Below are positions 41,701 through 49,810 of a DNA stretch of 64,000 nt, in pieces. Under the pieces are notes generated by a model, which saw only the letters and a program-made list of their open reading frames with translations, was not told the origin of the DNA and did not search any database. The stretch covers positions 2,463 through 66,462 of the IMG/VR virus record IMGVR_UViG_3300021387_000032; one strand, 5' to 3'. Numbering within the stretch: position 1 is the first letter of the stretch; every line of letters starts with the position of its first letter. Position numbers and translations under genes: made by a program. The DNA is from a virus.

Positions 41701-42913
41701 TTTTAAGTTCTTCTTTGAATACTCTTTGGGAATAGGGATACGAGACATGAGCATCCGAACAATAATTCTTGTAAAGCTCCCATGCTGATTTAAGAGTGGT
41801 AGAATCTTCCTTCTTAAATATAAAATAGGAGTCTTCCATGAAATTGTAAAAATCATTAGAAGCTCCCAGCATGTTTTTGGGTATATAATTGTTGTAGTAT
41901 CCGGGGTTTTTCTTATACACATCAAGACAATGGCTCGCGATAGCACCAAGCTCGAACTTAATTTGCGACATAGCATTATCATATTCGGCTGGCTTGAGTT
42001 TATTACCCGATGGCGATACGTCTATCAACCTTCGGATCAAACCTGATTTCGCGTCTGTGATCTTAACGGGTTTGTTCGTGCCCATAAAGAGAAAGCAGTT
42101 AAACCGGGTTGAATATAAACTCTTGTGCTTTTCATTTACAGTCATCATCTCGTGTGATACAAGACTGTTTAACCTTGTGTTATCCTCGATGCGGGACAGA
42201 TCTCCGTCATGCTGGATTGCCACAAGTGGATTGTCCTTAAATGGTTCGAGAGCAAAGACCCCGTTTGCAGATCCAAGAGCCTTGGCGTCAAATGGTGCGA
42301 AATATCCGTCAAACAACCACTGTATAATATTCAGAATGGTTGATTTACCAGTTCCCGCAGATCCATAAAGCACCAGAAACTTTTGAATGTGTTTGGAATC
42401 TCCGGATACTATTGCTCCGATTGCCCATTCAATTTTGTGCCGCTCTTCCTCCGAGTAAAGTGTGGAGATGAGTTTCTCGTACGCAGAAATATCACCACCT
42501 GGATCAAGTGCATAACTCAGAGTCTTACTTGCATAGTCGGATCTTTTTGTTCGACCGTCTTTACTGGCGAATACTAAATTCTCATCGAGAGTCACGAACG
42601 AATCACGCATCTGTTGTTTGCAATACTTGTGCCATGCGTCGACCATTCCGGATTCTGAGTCCCACATATATAAAACTCTGAAGGTCTTTTCTCCGGATTG
42701 ATGTTCTCGAATATAGTCATCAAGTGCTCTATCAATCAGACGAAATACATCCTGCTCGTCGGTGGACCACATACCGATTTCCTCTACCCACACTGCATAG
42801 AAGTCACTGCCCCGTATCATCAAGTCCTTTGTTTTCTTAATGATAAACTTGGGATAAACCTCCGTATAATCGTTCTTCTTCGTCCGTGTGGCAATCATGA
42901 GAAAATCCAACAT
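38798..42913 (-). CDS. SF3 helicase - primase - family B DNA polymerase fusion
   Basis: Walker A GSAGTGKS and FMGTN; primase-like IDFD / SKSG.GIHLHY; exonuclease YDIEV and GFN..RYD; polymerase DVASMHP, K.AINSVYG, IKTDS. Confidence 0.88.
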   Translation of the reverse strand: MLDFLMIATRTKKNDYTEVYPKFIIKKTKDLMIRGSDFYAVWVEEIGMWSTDEQDVFRLIDRALDDYIREHQSGEKTFRVLYMWDSESGMVDAWHKYCKQQMRDSFVTLDENLVFASKDGRTKRSDYASKTLSYALDPGGDISAYEKLISTLYSEEERHKIEWAIGAIVSGDSKHIQKFLVLYGSAGTGKSTILNIIQWLFDGYFAPFDAKALGSANGVFALEPFKDNPLVAIQHDGDLSRIEDNTRLNSLVSHEMMTVNEKHKSLYSTRFNCFLFMGTNKPVKITDAKSGLIRRLIDVSPSGNKLKPAEYDNAMSQIKFELGAIASHCLDVYKKNPGYYNNYIPKNMLGASNDFYNFMEDSYFIFKKEDSTTLKSAWELYKNYCSDAHVSYPYSQRVFKEELKNYFDEFKDRYVLGENTRVRNYYIGFKLDKFDTTEDEEETQILYLIEFKEQPSLLDKVLKGCPAQYANDDGKPFKKWDKVKTTLEALDTKRLHYVRPPENHIVIDFDIPGPDGKKNFDLNLKEASKWPRTYAEVSKSGAGIHLHYIYTGDPRRLAKVFEDNPHIEIKTFAGASSLRRKLTLCNDLPIAEISSGLPLKGVKMVDNTTIKNEKGIRTLIVKNLRKEIHPATKPSIDFIFKILEDAYESGIPYDVSDMKNAVMTFAANSTNQAEYCLKLISKMKFRSDNPSESKDSTGDIAFYDIEVFPNLLLICWKFAGENQPVLHLTNPRPVDIVTLLRCKLIGFNCRRYDNHIIHAALMGYSPEQCYEISQKIIGGDRNAFFGAAYNHSYTDIYDFASAGNKKSLKKLEIEMGIHHQELGLPWDKPVDESLWPKVIEYCENDVRATEAAFNYLKGDWTARQILADLTGKTVNDSTNALTTALIFGNNRNPQNEFCYRDMSEIVDTIDVDVLKFLRKACHDMIGDNVRSFVSPAGDYRMTSVLPYFPGYSFDGKESIYRGEVVGEGGYVYAEPGIHKNVALLDVASMHPHSLIAECLFGPKYTRIFRELVEARVAIKHEDWELVKTYLDGKLEPYIKRVVDGELTSKELANALKTAINSVYGLTAASFNNPFRDIRNKDNIVAKRGALFMVDLKHEVAKRGFTVAHIKTDSIKIPDATPEIIQFVMEFGKKYGYSFEHEATYEKMCLVNDAVYIAKYSSQEWCQEHYGYLPDDNKKKAGKWTATGTQFQVPYVFKTLFSKEPIEFDDLCETKSVTTAIYLDMNEGSPDVSEYEKELERVQKEHKKIFKLWQEENIRDGSEMLDGLDMAIENLKEKISKGHSYVFIGRVGQFCPVKDGCGGGILVREKDKKFHAIAGTKKADGTPYRWLESEIVKNMNWSGMIDQSYYNDLVDKAAEAIEKYGDLEWFTE

Positions 42914-42917
42914 ATAA

Positions 42918-43478
42918 TCACCACTCTTCCTGGGAAATATAATTAAGGTACATTTGCATCTGGTACCATATTTCTATGTCTCTCAAATCTTCCTGGCAGC
43001 CCGGTATAGTTACCAGGCCACCTTTTCCGTTTGGCTCATACTGTCTGTTGATGAACCGCTGTATCGTATGTGCAATATAACTGTAGTTGATGTTGTCGTT
43101 TGTCTGATGCTGAAGACCAAGACTCTCGATCATTGACCAAAACCATTTCGGAGTCCGGTCTCCAATATCGTCATTCGTCATAATGTGTTCTTCGATTCTG
43201 ATCGATAGTGCTACCATCATCTCGAAAACCGAGCAAGGCATCACATCAACCGTATCATGAATGACTTCGGGCTCAATATCCGACTCGTATCCGAACTTGT
43301 ATCGCATATCAATTCCGTCATCTCTGCGGTTTCTGTCCATCTCCATGATCGGTACAAAGGTGCATGAGTGTAAATATCTCAGCAACTTGTCATATGGATT
43401 GGCATCCTCATCCTGGCCATCATCGAAGTAACACACCTTACGACACATCCAGTCAAAGTAAATATCACTGTTTGTCAT
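42918..43478 (-). CDS. Conserved hypothetical protein
   Basis: DRNR..DG..MR, CSVFEMM.AL, EIWYQM motifs. Confidence 0.7.
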   Translation of the reverse strand: MTNSDIYFDWMCRKVCYFDDGQDEDANPYDKLLRYLHSCTFVPIMEMDRNRRDDGIDMRYKFGYESDIEPEVIHDTVDVMPCSVFEMMVALSIRIEEHIMTNDDIGDRTPKWFWSMIESLGLQHQTNDNINYSYIAHTIQRFINRQYEPNGKGGLVTIPGCQEDLRDIEIWYQMQMYLNYISQEEW

Positions 43479-43996
43479 ACTTCTCTAATCACCTCATAGT
43501 ACATCTGAGTCTCATCGTTTCTGACATACGCAGAAGTCTGATCATCACTGTCATACAGGTCATTCAGATCAGCAATCCCAAGCAGTTGCTCAGGGTCTTT
43601 AATCAAATTCCCATAAGTGTCTTCTACATGCATGTCTCCGAATATCTCAAGCGTTTCAACTTCATAGTTAAGCACGCCGTATTCGTTTTTCTGAATAATA
43701 GTCCCGCTGGTTTTTTCATCCTCCGAATCGTCTTTATCACCTTTGGAAATATAAAATTCCTCGGAGTCTTCTTCCTCTTCTTCCTCAGTTTCGATTTCCT
43801 CGTCCTGAGTCTCTTCAGATTCTGCTTCTTCCATAGCCTTCTTTCTTTTTTCAGTTGCTTCGCGGTAAGCCTTGAATGATGCAAACTCTTTTTCGACGAT
43901 CTCGTTACAACGTCTTTCCATGTCTCTGCTCGCATAAGCCTTACCTGCCACAAATCCAAATGCGAATATCAAAGCAGCGTTTAATACTTTCTTCAT
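43475..43996 (-). CDS. Acidic protein with N-terminal hydrophobic helix
   Basis: ORF with RBS; YVRND...YEV C-terminus. Confidence 0.7.
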   Translation of the reverse strand: MKKVLNAALIFAFGFVAGKAYASRDMERRCNEIVEKEFASFKAYREATEKRKKAMEEAESEETQDEEIETEEEEEEDSEEFYISKGDKDDSEDEKTSGTIIQKNEYGVLNYEVETLEIFGDMHVEDTYGNLIKDPEQLLGIADLNDLYDSDDQTSAYVRNDETQMYYEVIREV

Positions 43997-44023
43997 AGGG
44001 ATACTCCTTTCGAAAATATAAAA

Positions 44024-44959
44024 TTAACCTTCGAACATTTCATCTGTCATGTAGTCGATAATCGGACCATCTACATTGAAGTCGAGCAGGAAGTTTCTTT
44101 CACGGTCATTAATGAAGTCGATCGAGTCTTCTCTATATACATTGAAGATTCCGAAATCGATGTAGTTATCGCCTGTAGGATTTTCTTCGTTGTATCTCCA
44201 GCCTACTACCTGACCAGCTCTTGTCTTAGGAAGACCGAACGCTTCATAAACATCATTTAAGAACACAAATCCTTCTGCCTGGAGTCTTACATTGAATTCG
44301 TTCTGCTTCATCTGGACAAACATGTGGTTATACGCTGCGTCTTTTTTCCAATAAGGGGAAGCTTCATCAAAATATCTTGCATAGACACTGTGCTGAGTAG
44401 GATCTTTAATGTCGTAAGTCTTCTTTACGGTCTTGGATTTACCGTTCTCATCAGTGACTTTCTCTTTAACCTCAGCCTGCTTAAGACCGAGGTGGAACTT
44501 GCGATCGGCGTCTTCACCGTATTCCTCGATCACTCTCTTTCGGTAGTTCTTATATCCAGCATCAAGAGCCGCATAAGCCGCACATAAAGCTGCCTGTCTG
44601 TTCTTAAATATCTGGGTGCCTTTGAAGATTAAAAGAATCGATGCAATATCAACTGCTACTGCCGGTGCGTAAAGCTTAGCTACTTTGAGTGCCTTGCGAG
44701 CTTTTGTCTTAAGTTCTGGTTCGTCGTCCTCCTCTTCTTCGGAAATATCATTCTCCATTTCTTCATCTAATTCGAGTTCGTCAGTTTCTTCCTCCAGGAT
44801 TTCCGGGAGTTTGGTTGTTGCTTTGCAGGCGAGTACTGTTCCTGCGACAAGTCCTGCTACACCTGCTACGATCAGAAGCTGTGGTGATGCCTGTCTTACT
44901 TTGAATGTATGTTTTCTGAATCCAGATTTAACACTATTTACAATGTTATCTAATTTCAT
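44024..44959 (-). CDS. DUF6353-like membrane-anchored protein
   Basis: Hydrophobic N-terminus; GFVFLNDVY..FG...GQVVGW motif. Confidence 0.7.
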   Translation of the reverse strand: MKLDNIVNSVKSGFRKHTFKVRQASPQLLIVAGVAGLVAGTVLACKATTKLPEILEEETDELELDEEMENDISEEEEDDEPELKTKARKALKVAKLYAPAVAVDIASILLIFKGTQIFKNRQAALCAAYAALDAGYKNYRKRVIEEYGEDADRKFHLGLKQAEVKEKVTDENGKSKTVKKTYDIKDPTQHSVYARYFDEASPYWKKDAAYNHMFVQMKQNEFNVRLQAEGFVFLNDVYEAFGLPKTRAGQVVGWRYNEENPTGDNYIDFGIFNVYREDSIDFINDRERNFLLDFNVDGPIIDYMTDEMFEG

Positions 44960-44979
44960 GCTATTACCTCCGTTTAAGT

Positions 44980-45261
44980 CTATAACTGTGTTATGCTAAG
45001 TGAGTCTTTGTTTGAAATAGTTATTGAGTCCGTCACAACAGTGTTGATGAGCTTATTTAAGTACCACTGAGCTTTCCTCAGATCCTCAAGCCCGTTCTTC
45101 TTTTTCCATCTCGACATATACTTGATGATGTTTGCTGTACAGACTGCTTCCATGCCTGTGAGGTTTTCCACACAAGCGTCAATAATATCAATCGTCTCAA
45201 GACCCTTAGAACTCTGATAATGAGCCGGGTGATTTACATTGTCAGTTTTCTTAGTCTCCAT
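44980..45261 (-). CDS. DUF3310 family protein
   Basis: DNVNHPAHY...NIIKY..RW.KKNGLEDL.KA.WYL. Confidence 0.85.
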   Translation of the reverse strand: METKKTDNVNHPAHYQSSKGLETIDIIDACVENLTGMEAVCTANIIKYMSRWKKKNGLEDLRKAQWYLNKLINTVVTDSITISNKDSLSITQL

Positions 45262-45277
45262 AAATATAAAATTCCTC

Positions 45278-45892
45278 CTAATCTAAAGGGCGCGGCTTTG
45301 GCAGAACAATCTTGTAACCGCCGCTTCTTGCACGGACAACTTCAGCGGTACTCAGATCCGTCCAGCCGTATTTATTAGATGTGTAGTTGTCATTTGTAAC
45401 TCCTGCCACATCATAAAAATCTGCAATGCTCACGGACGGATAAGTATCAAGAATCGTTTCCATCTCATCAAGTACCGCGAGAGCATCTTGCCTAAATTCG
45501 AAGGTGAAATCCTTGTATCGATAGACTGAATTGTCCTTGTCTGCACGAGGATCTTCTTCACGGTTCTTACTTCTGCGTCCACCGTCACGATCTCTGTAAT
45601 ATCCTCGCCATGATGATCCTGTGTAATATCCTTTTGACGAGGAAGTGCGGTTAAGATCGAAAATATAACTGATCGTATCGACAAGCGCGTTACCAATCCC
45701 CGGTAATACGTACTCCTCAAATATGTGAGAACCGATATTATCAAGACTTACCGGAAGGAATTTTTCCGCGATCTTTGTAAATTTTGATTTTTCCTTGATC
45801 GTCGGACTTTTCGATACTACTGATTTTCGTCTTTCCCGCTTTTCTTCGGGTTTGGCTTTACTCCGATTAGAATTCGATGAGTAATCATACAT
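45278..45892 (-). CDS. Conserved hypothetical protein (distant relative of the DUF6353 C-terminal domain)
   Basis: VSIADFYD..G...YGW. Confidence 0.65.
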   Translation of the reverse strand: MYDYSSNSNRSKAKPEEKRERRKSVVSKSPTIKEKSKFTKIAEKFLPVSLDNIGSHIFEEYVLPGIGNALVDTISYIFDLNRTSSSKGYYTGSSWRGYYRDRDGGRRSKNREEDPRADKDNSVYRYKDFTFEFRQDALAVLDEMETILDTYPSVSIADFYDVAGVTNDNYTSNKYGWTDLSTAEVVRARSGGYKIVLPKPRPLD

Positions 45893-45967
45893 TTGCAAAT
45901 ATCCTTTCGAAAACAAAAAGAGAGCCAGCGCATTGCCGACTCTCCCGTCTCTTGGAATCAGTATTTC

Positions 45968-46303
45968 CTATTTCTTGTCTTTGTCTTTACTACTTTTCTT
46001 CTTCGGTTTCTTTTCGTCCTTCTCCTCGACCTCCTTAGCCTCAACATCGATTATCTTGTCCTTTCTTCTGCCGAGAATCTTTCTGTCATCTTCGGGTTTA
46101 TACATTTCCACAATCTTCGGCATCAGTATTCTGTCAGCCGCTACTGCAATCGCTCCTCCGATCACCATAGCCCCTCCAAATTTAACTAATGTCGAGAGCG
46201 GAATTGATTTCACCGTTGATGAAACCATCTCTCCTGCTTTATCAATGACGTTATTCATGTCGATGTCATTGAGATTAAGGCTGTCCATATTAATGTTTTC
46301 CAT
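45968..46303 (-). CDS. Cassette 1 ORF, single TM with Lys-rich tail
   Basis: RBS GGAGG; lies between motif 46352 and the hairpin at ~45910. Confidence 0.75.
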   Translation of the reverse strand: MENINMDSLNLNDIDMNNVIDKAGEMVSSTVKSIPLSTLVKFGGAMVIGGAIAVAADRILMPKIVEMYKPEDDRKILGRRKDKIIDVEAKEVEEKDEKKPKKKSSKDKDKK

Positions 46304-46382
46304 TTTTTCTACCTCCGTAAATATAAACATTAACAATCTTGGAAATCGTTCCATAATAGCGTCTGTATTTTTTGCGATAGCC

Positions 46383-47204
46383 TTAGAAGAGGCTCTGATT
46401 GTTGTAAGTCGGTTCTGCAAAGAACTCAATAACAAGACACGGTTCTCCGCTTGGCGATATCTGTGAGGAGAAGGAAACATCAATCAGTCCGTTATCGATT
46501 CTCCAACCGAGGCTGTCTCCGTATTTAACGCCCTTGAGTCCCATTTCGTAGTAAACCTCATTCAAAGACACATAACACTCGTCAAGAAGATACCGGTTCA
46601 TCTCATTGATCGCCCTTTTTACTGACTCAATATCTGATCTGAAATATCTGTCGGATGCCGCATCATAGCAAAGTGTCCCCGGCTTAACCACAATTATGTC
46701 GTCTTCTACCGGTTCCTTGTCTTTGATACGGTCTTTCGCAACGGCGTCAGAAATTTCCTGCTCCTTCTTTTCACCGAGAATATCCGTAGCATTCTGCTTG
46801 TACAGCTTGTATGCCGTATCAATTCCCGCATAAGCAACCGTCATAGCTGCCAATCGGTTCTTCATCATCGAGTGTGATTTCAACACAAGGAAGATCCCGA
46901 CTGCTGTAGCAACTGTTGTAGGAATATAAAATTTCCAGGTTGTTTTAACGATGTTCTTTGCTCTGTCGAATGTCAGCTTTTTCTTTTCAGTTTCTTCTTC
47001 CTCTTCAGTAGTCTCCTCGATTTCTTCTGTATCTTCTTCCTCGGAAATATCATCCATTTCTTCAATTGCTTTAACCGCTTTTGGTGTCTCGTAAATTGCC
47101 ATAACTGTTGCGAATACAAGACTTCCGAGACCTATCGCTACACACAGTCCAGGTGCATTCTCTTTTGCGAACTTCTTGAGATTTTGTCCGAATGATTTAT
47201 TCAT
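46383..47204 (-). CDS. DUF6353-like protein
   Basis: YVSLNEVY..MGL...LGW. Confidence 0.7.
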   Translation of the reverse strand: MNKSFGQNLKKFAKENAPGLCVAIGLGSLVFATVMAIYETPKAVKAIEEMDDISEEEDTEEIEETTEEEEETEKKKLTFDRAKNIVKTTWKFYIPTTVATAVGIFLVLKSHSMMKNRLAAMTVAYAGIDTAYKLYKQNATDILGEKKEQEISDAVAKDRIKDKEPVEDDIIVVKPGTLCYDAASDRYFRSDIESVKRAINEMNRYLLDECYVSLNEVYYEMGLKGVKYGDSLGWRIDNGLIDVSFSSQISPSGEPCLVIEFFAEPTYNNQSLF

Positions 47205-47242
47205 TACTCGCTCCTTACTAATGGTTGGAAAATATAAAAATT

Positions 47243-47275
47243 AAAGAGAGACCTATGAATCTCATAGATCTCTCC
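47243..47275 (-). terminator. Cassette hairpin (near-identical copies at ~47882 and ~49473)
   Basis: GGAGAGATCTATGAGATTCATAGGTCTCTCTTT. Confidence 0.75.
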
Positions 47276-47285
47276 GTTTTGCGTC

Positions 47286-47465
47286 CTATTTCTTCTTATT
47301 AGACAGACTTGCGATTGTCTCAATCACCTTCTGTTCTAACTTTCTGTCGGCTATCGTATTGTCTACAATTTTGCCAGCGAGGGTTATTCCAAGTCCCCCG
47401 AAAGTCAAAATGTTCGAAACAATATTCAAACCTTTGTCTCCAAGTTCAATTTTAGGCAATTTCAT
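47286..47465 (-). CDS. Cassette 2 ORF (59 aa, not in ORF track)
   Basis: MKLPKIELGDKGLNIVSNILTFGGLG..., RBS AAAGGAG. Confidence 0.7.
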   Translation of the reverse strand: MKLPKIELGDKGLNIVSNILTFGGLGITLAGKIVDNTIADRKLEQKVIETIASLSNKKK

Positions 47466-47580
47466 TTCAATCTCCTTTCACGTCGTCTTTAAAATATAAA
47501 ATGGAAACGCTCTTCCATAATAGCAATTGTAAATTTTGCGTTTGACATTGATTAGAAAGAAAAGAGAGCCTGTTAGACTC

Positions 47581-47796
47581 TCATATGAACCTCTTAACCA
47601 GTTCACCAACTGTATTAGTGTCGGTCTCAAGATCCAGTTCAAGGTGAACCTTAACTCGTCCACCATCCTCGACGGAGACATCTATATCTCCAATCGTAGG
47701 ATCAATGTCGATATCAAGATTCTTCTTGATCTGTTTCTTAATGATCCAACCAATAATATTTTTTGTGAATCCAGTTCTTAATTTCATAATATCCAT
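47581..47796 (-). CDS. Cassette 3 ORF
   Basis: Lies between motif and hairpin. Confidence 0.7.
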   Translation of the reverse strand: MDIMKLRTGFTKNIIGWIIKKQIKKNLDIDIDPTIGDIDVSVEDGGRVKVHLELDLETDTNTVGELVKRFI

Positions 47797-47921
47797 TTCC
47801 TACCTCTCTTTTCTTCTTAAAAATTCGGTAATTTCTTCCATAAAAGAACCTGCATTTTTTGCGAATTTTGAGGCGAAAAACAAAGAGAGACCTATGAATC
47901 TCATAGATCTCTCCGTCCAAG

Positions 47922-48158
47922 CTATTTATTATTGACTATAAAATGTCTCTTCCCGTCGAAGAAGAGCAGGTCTTTACCTTGATTCTTCTTAAGGAGCTTA
48001 AATATCCGGTTATAACTTACCTTACCGCCGGTCTTATAAGCTTCATATACACCTATAATTACCGCGATAGAGACAAGTCCTACCGTGAATATCTCGTCCT
48101 TGTTGTAATCAAGTTCGTTCTTGATCCTGTTCAGTCTTCTCTCAAGTTTGTAATACAT
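47922..48158 (-). CDS. Cassette 4 ORF, single TM
   Basis: RBS GAAAGGAG. Confidence 0.7.
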   Translation of the reverse strand: MYYKLERRLNRIKNELDYNKDEIFTVGLVSIAVIIGVYEAYKTGGKVSYNRIFKLLKKNQGKDLLFFDGKRHFIVNNK

Positions 48159-48222
48159 TTTTTTACTCCTTTCAGTAAACAACAAATATCATTTGCATAA
48201 TAGGGGTTGTATTTTTTGCGAT

Positions 48223-49008
48223 TTACTTGAGATGGTACTCTGCTTCCAGGTAACACGGCTCGAATGGAACGTCAATACAAACACACTCGACATCAGGAGT
48301 CCCATCATCCAGAACACCGACATTAATTATGTAGTGGTTAAAGTCAAGCCAGTAGAGATAGTCATGCTCGTTTCCTACGTCCCAGCCGATCTTATCACCA
48401 TCCTCGGTCTCCTCAAGTCCTAAGAAAATATAAAATTCATTGAGTGTAACGTATCCTCGCAGTACATAGTTACGATTCAAGTGGTATTCAGCATCCATAA
48501 CAGCCTCTATGGTCGACTCAAAATATCTGTCTCCGAACCGATCATAAAACAGTATTTTCTCATTTGACCCGCCGAGTTTTCTGTTGGATGCGCTATAAAT
48601 ACCGCTTGCATAAATATCAGGAATGTCAGCTGTCTCCGCCGCAAGAGCTTCTATGATTCTCTGATGCGCTTCTTCCCCGTAAAGCTCTTTCAGTTTATCT
48701 TTATACAGCTCGTATTGCTTGTGAGATAACATATACGCCGCTGCAAGAGAGGCTTGTTGCTTCTTACCAAGATGATTTGCAAATATAATACACACGATTG
48801 TAGCAATCCCGACACCTATTGCCGGAGCATAATGTCTCGCACACACCTTAACCTCGTCCATAGTAGTCGGCTCTTCAAGCTCGTGAATATCTTTTTGGAC
48901 CTTTTCTGCTTTTCTCGCAGTAAGAATGAAGGTTGCGACGACTCCTGCTGAGGCTAAGACACTGAATATGGTTGGTGCGTGCTTCTCAACAGTCTTTAAT
49001 AAACTCAT
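48223..49008 (-). CDS. DUF6353-like protein
   Basis: GYVTLNEFY.FLGL...IGW. Confidence 0.7.
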   Translation of the reverse strand: MSLLKTVEKHAPTIFSVLASAGVVATFILTARKAEKVQKDIHELEEPTTMDEVKVCARHYAPAIGVGIATIVCIIFANHLGKKQQASLAAAYMLSHKQYELYKDKLKELYGEEAHQRIIEALAAETADIPDIYASGIYSASNRKLGGSNEKILFYDRFGDRYFESTIEAVMDAEYHLNRNYVLRGYVTLNEFYIFLGLEETEDGDKIGWDVGNEHDYLYWLDFNHYIINVGVLDDGTPDVECVCIDVPFEPCYLEAEYHLK

Positions 49009-49076
49009 TAATTCCTCCTTTCAGAAAATATAAAAAGAAGAGACCCGTACAACTTTGCACGAATCTCCTCCAAAAC

Positions 49077-49406
49077 TTATTTCAGCAAAATGTTAATAAG
49101 CTTACTGCCTAATGTCTTAGACGTGCCAGACTGATAGCCTTCTGCGTCTACTTTTAATGAGCGTTTAACCCACCAGGCAAGTATTCCTATCGATGCTGAC
49201 TTACCGACAATATCAACATATCTCTTAGTCTTGTTGTCGCGCTCGTTTTTACGATCATCGACTTCCACAGTCATCTGAGATATCTCCATTTCTGCCAGTT
49301 TTCCCAGCCGTTCAAGATAGGTTTCATAATCTTTGCCGCATGGATCTACTTCGTCCATCTTATCGACGATCTCATCCTGCAATTTTCTGACCTTTTCTAA
49401 ATCCAT
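49077..49406 (-). CDS. Cassette 5 ORF
   Basis: RBS; cassette context. Confidence 0.7.
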   Translation of the reverse strand: MDLEKVRKLQDEIVDKMDEVDPCGKDYETYLERLGKLAEMEISQMTVEVDDRKNERDNKTKRYVDIVGKSASIGILAWWVKRSLKVDAEGYQSGTSKTLGSKLINILLK

Positions 49407-49524
49407 TAGTCACTCCTTTCTAAAACTATGAAATAAATTCTCATAATAGCGTCTGTATTTTTTACGAAAAACAAAGAGAGACCTATGAATCTCATAAGTC
49501 TCTCCCCGATACGATACTTTTGAA

Positions 49525-49731
49525 TCAAAACATTTTATCAAGTTGATTCATCAGTACCTTTTTTGCAACATCCCTGACAAAGTTGTTCGCTTCTCTTGCA
49601 AATCCTCTGTATTTCTCAGGAATATCTATTTGTCCCGAGTCAATACGGTCTACTGCAAGGTGAACAAACAACAATACTGCTGTAGTTGATGCCACAATTA
49701 CTATTGGTTTGATGTTGATCTTCTTTTTCAT
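49525..49731 (-). CDS. Cassette 6 ORF, N-terminal TM
   Basis: Start MKKKINIK; RBS AGGAGG. Confidence 0.7.
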   Translation of the reverse strand: MKKKINIKPIVIVASTTAVLLFVHLAVDRIDSGQIDIPEKYRGFAREANNFVRDVAKKVLMNQLDKMF

Positions 49732-49810
49732 GTTACCTCCTGTGTTCAAACTGTACCGTCCATAATAGTAACTGTAAAATTTGCTTGAATATCCACAGGA
49801 AGAACTCAGT

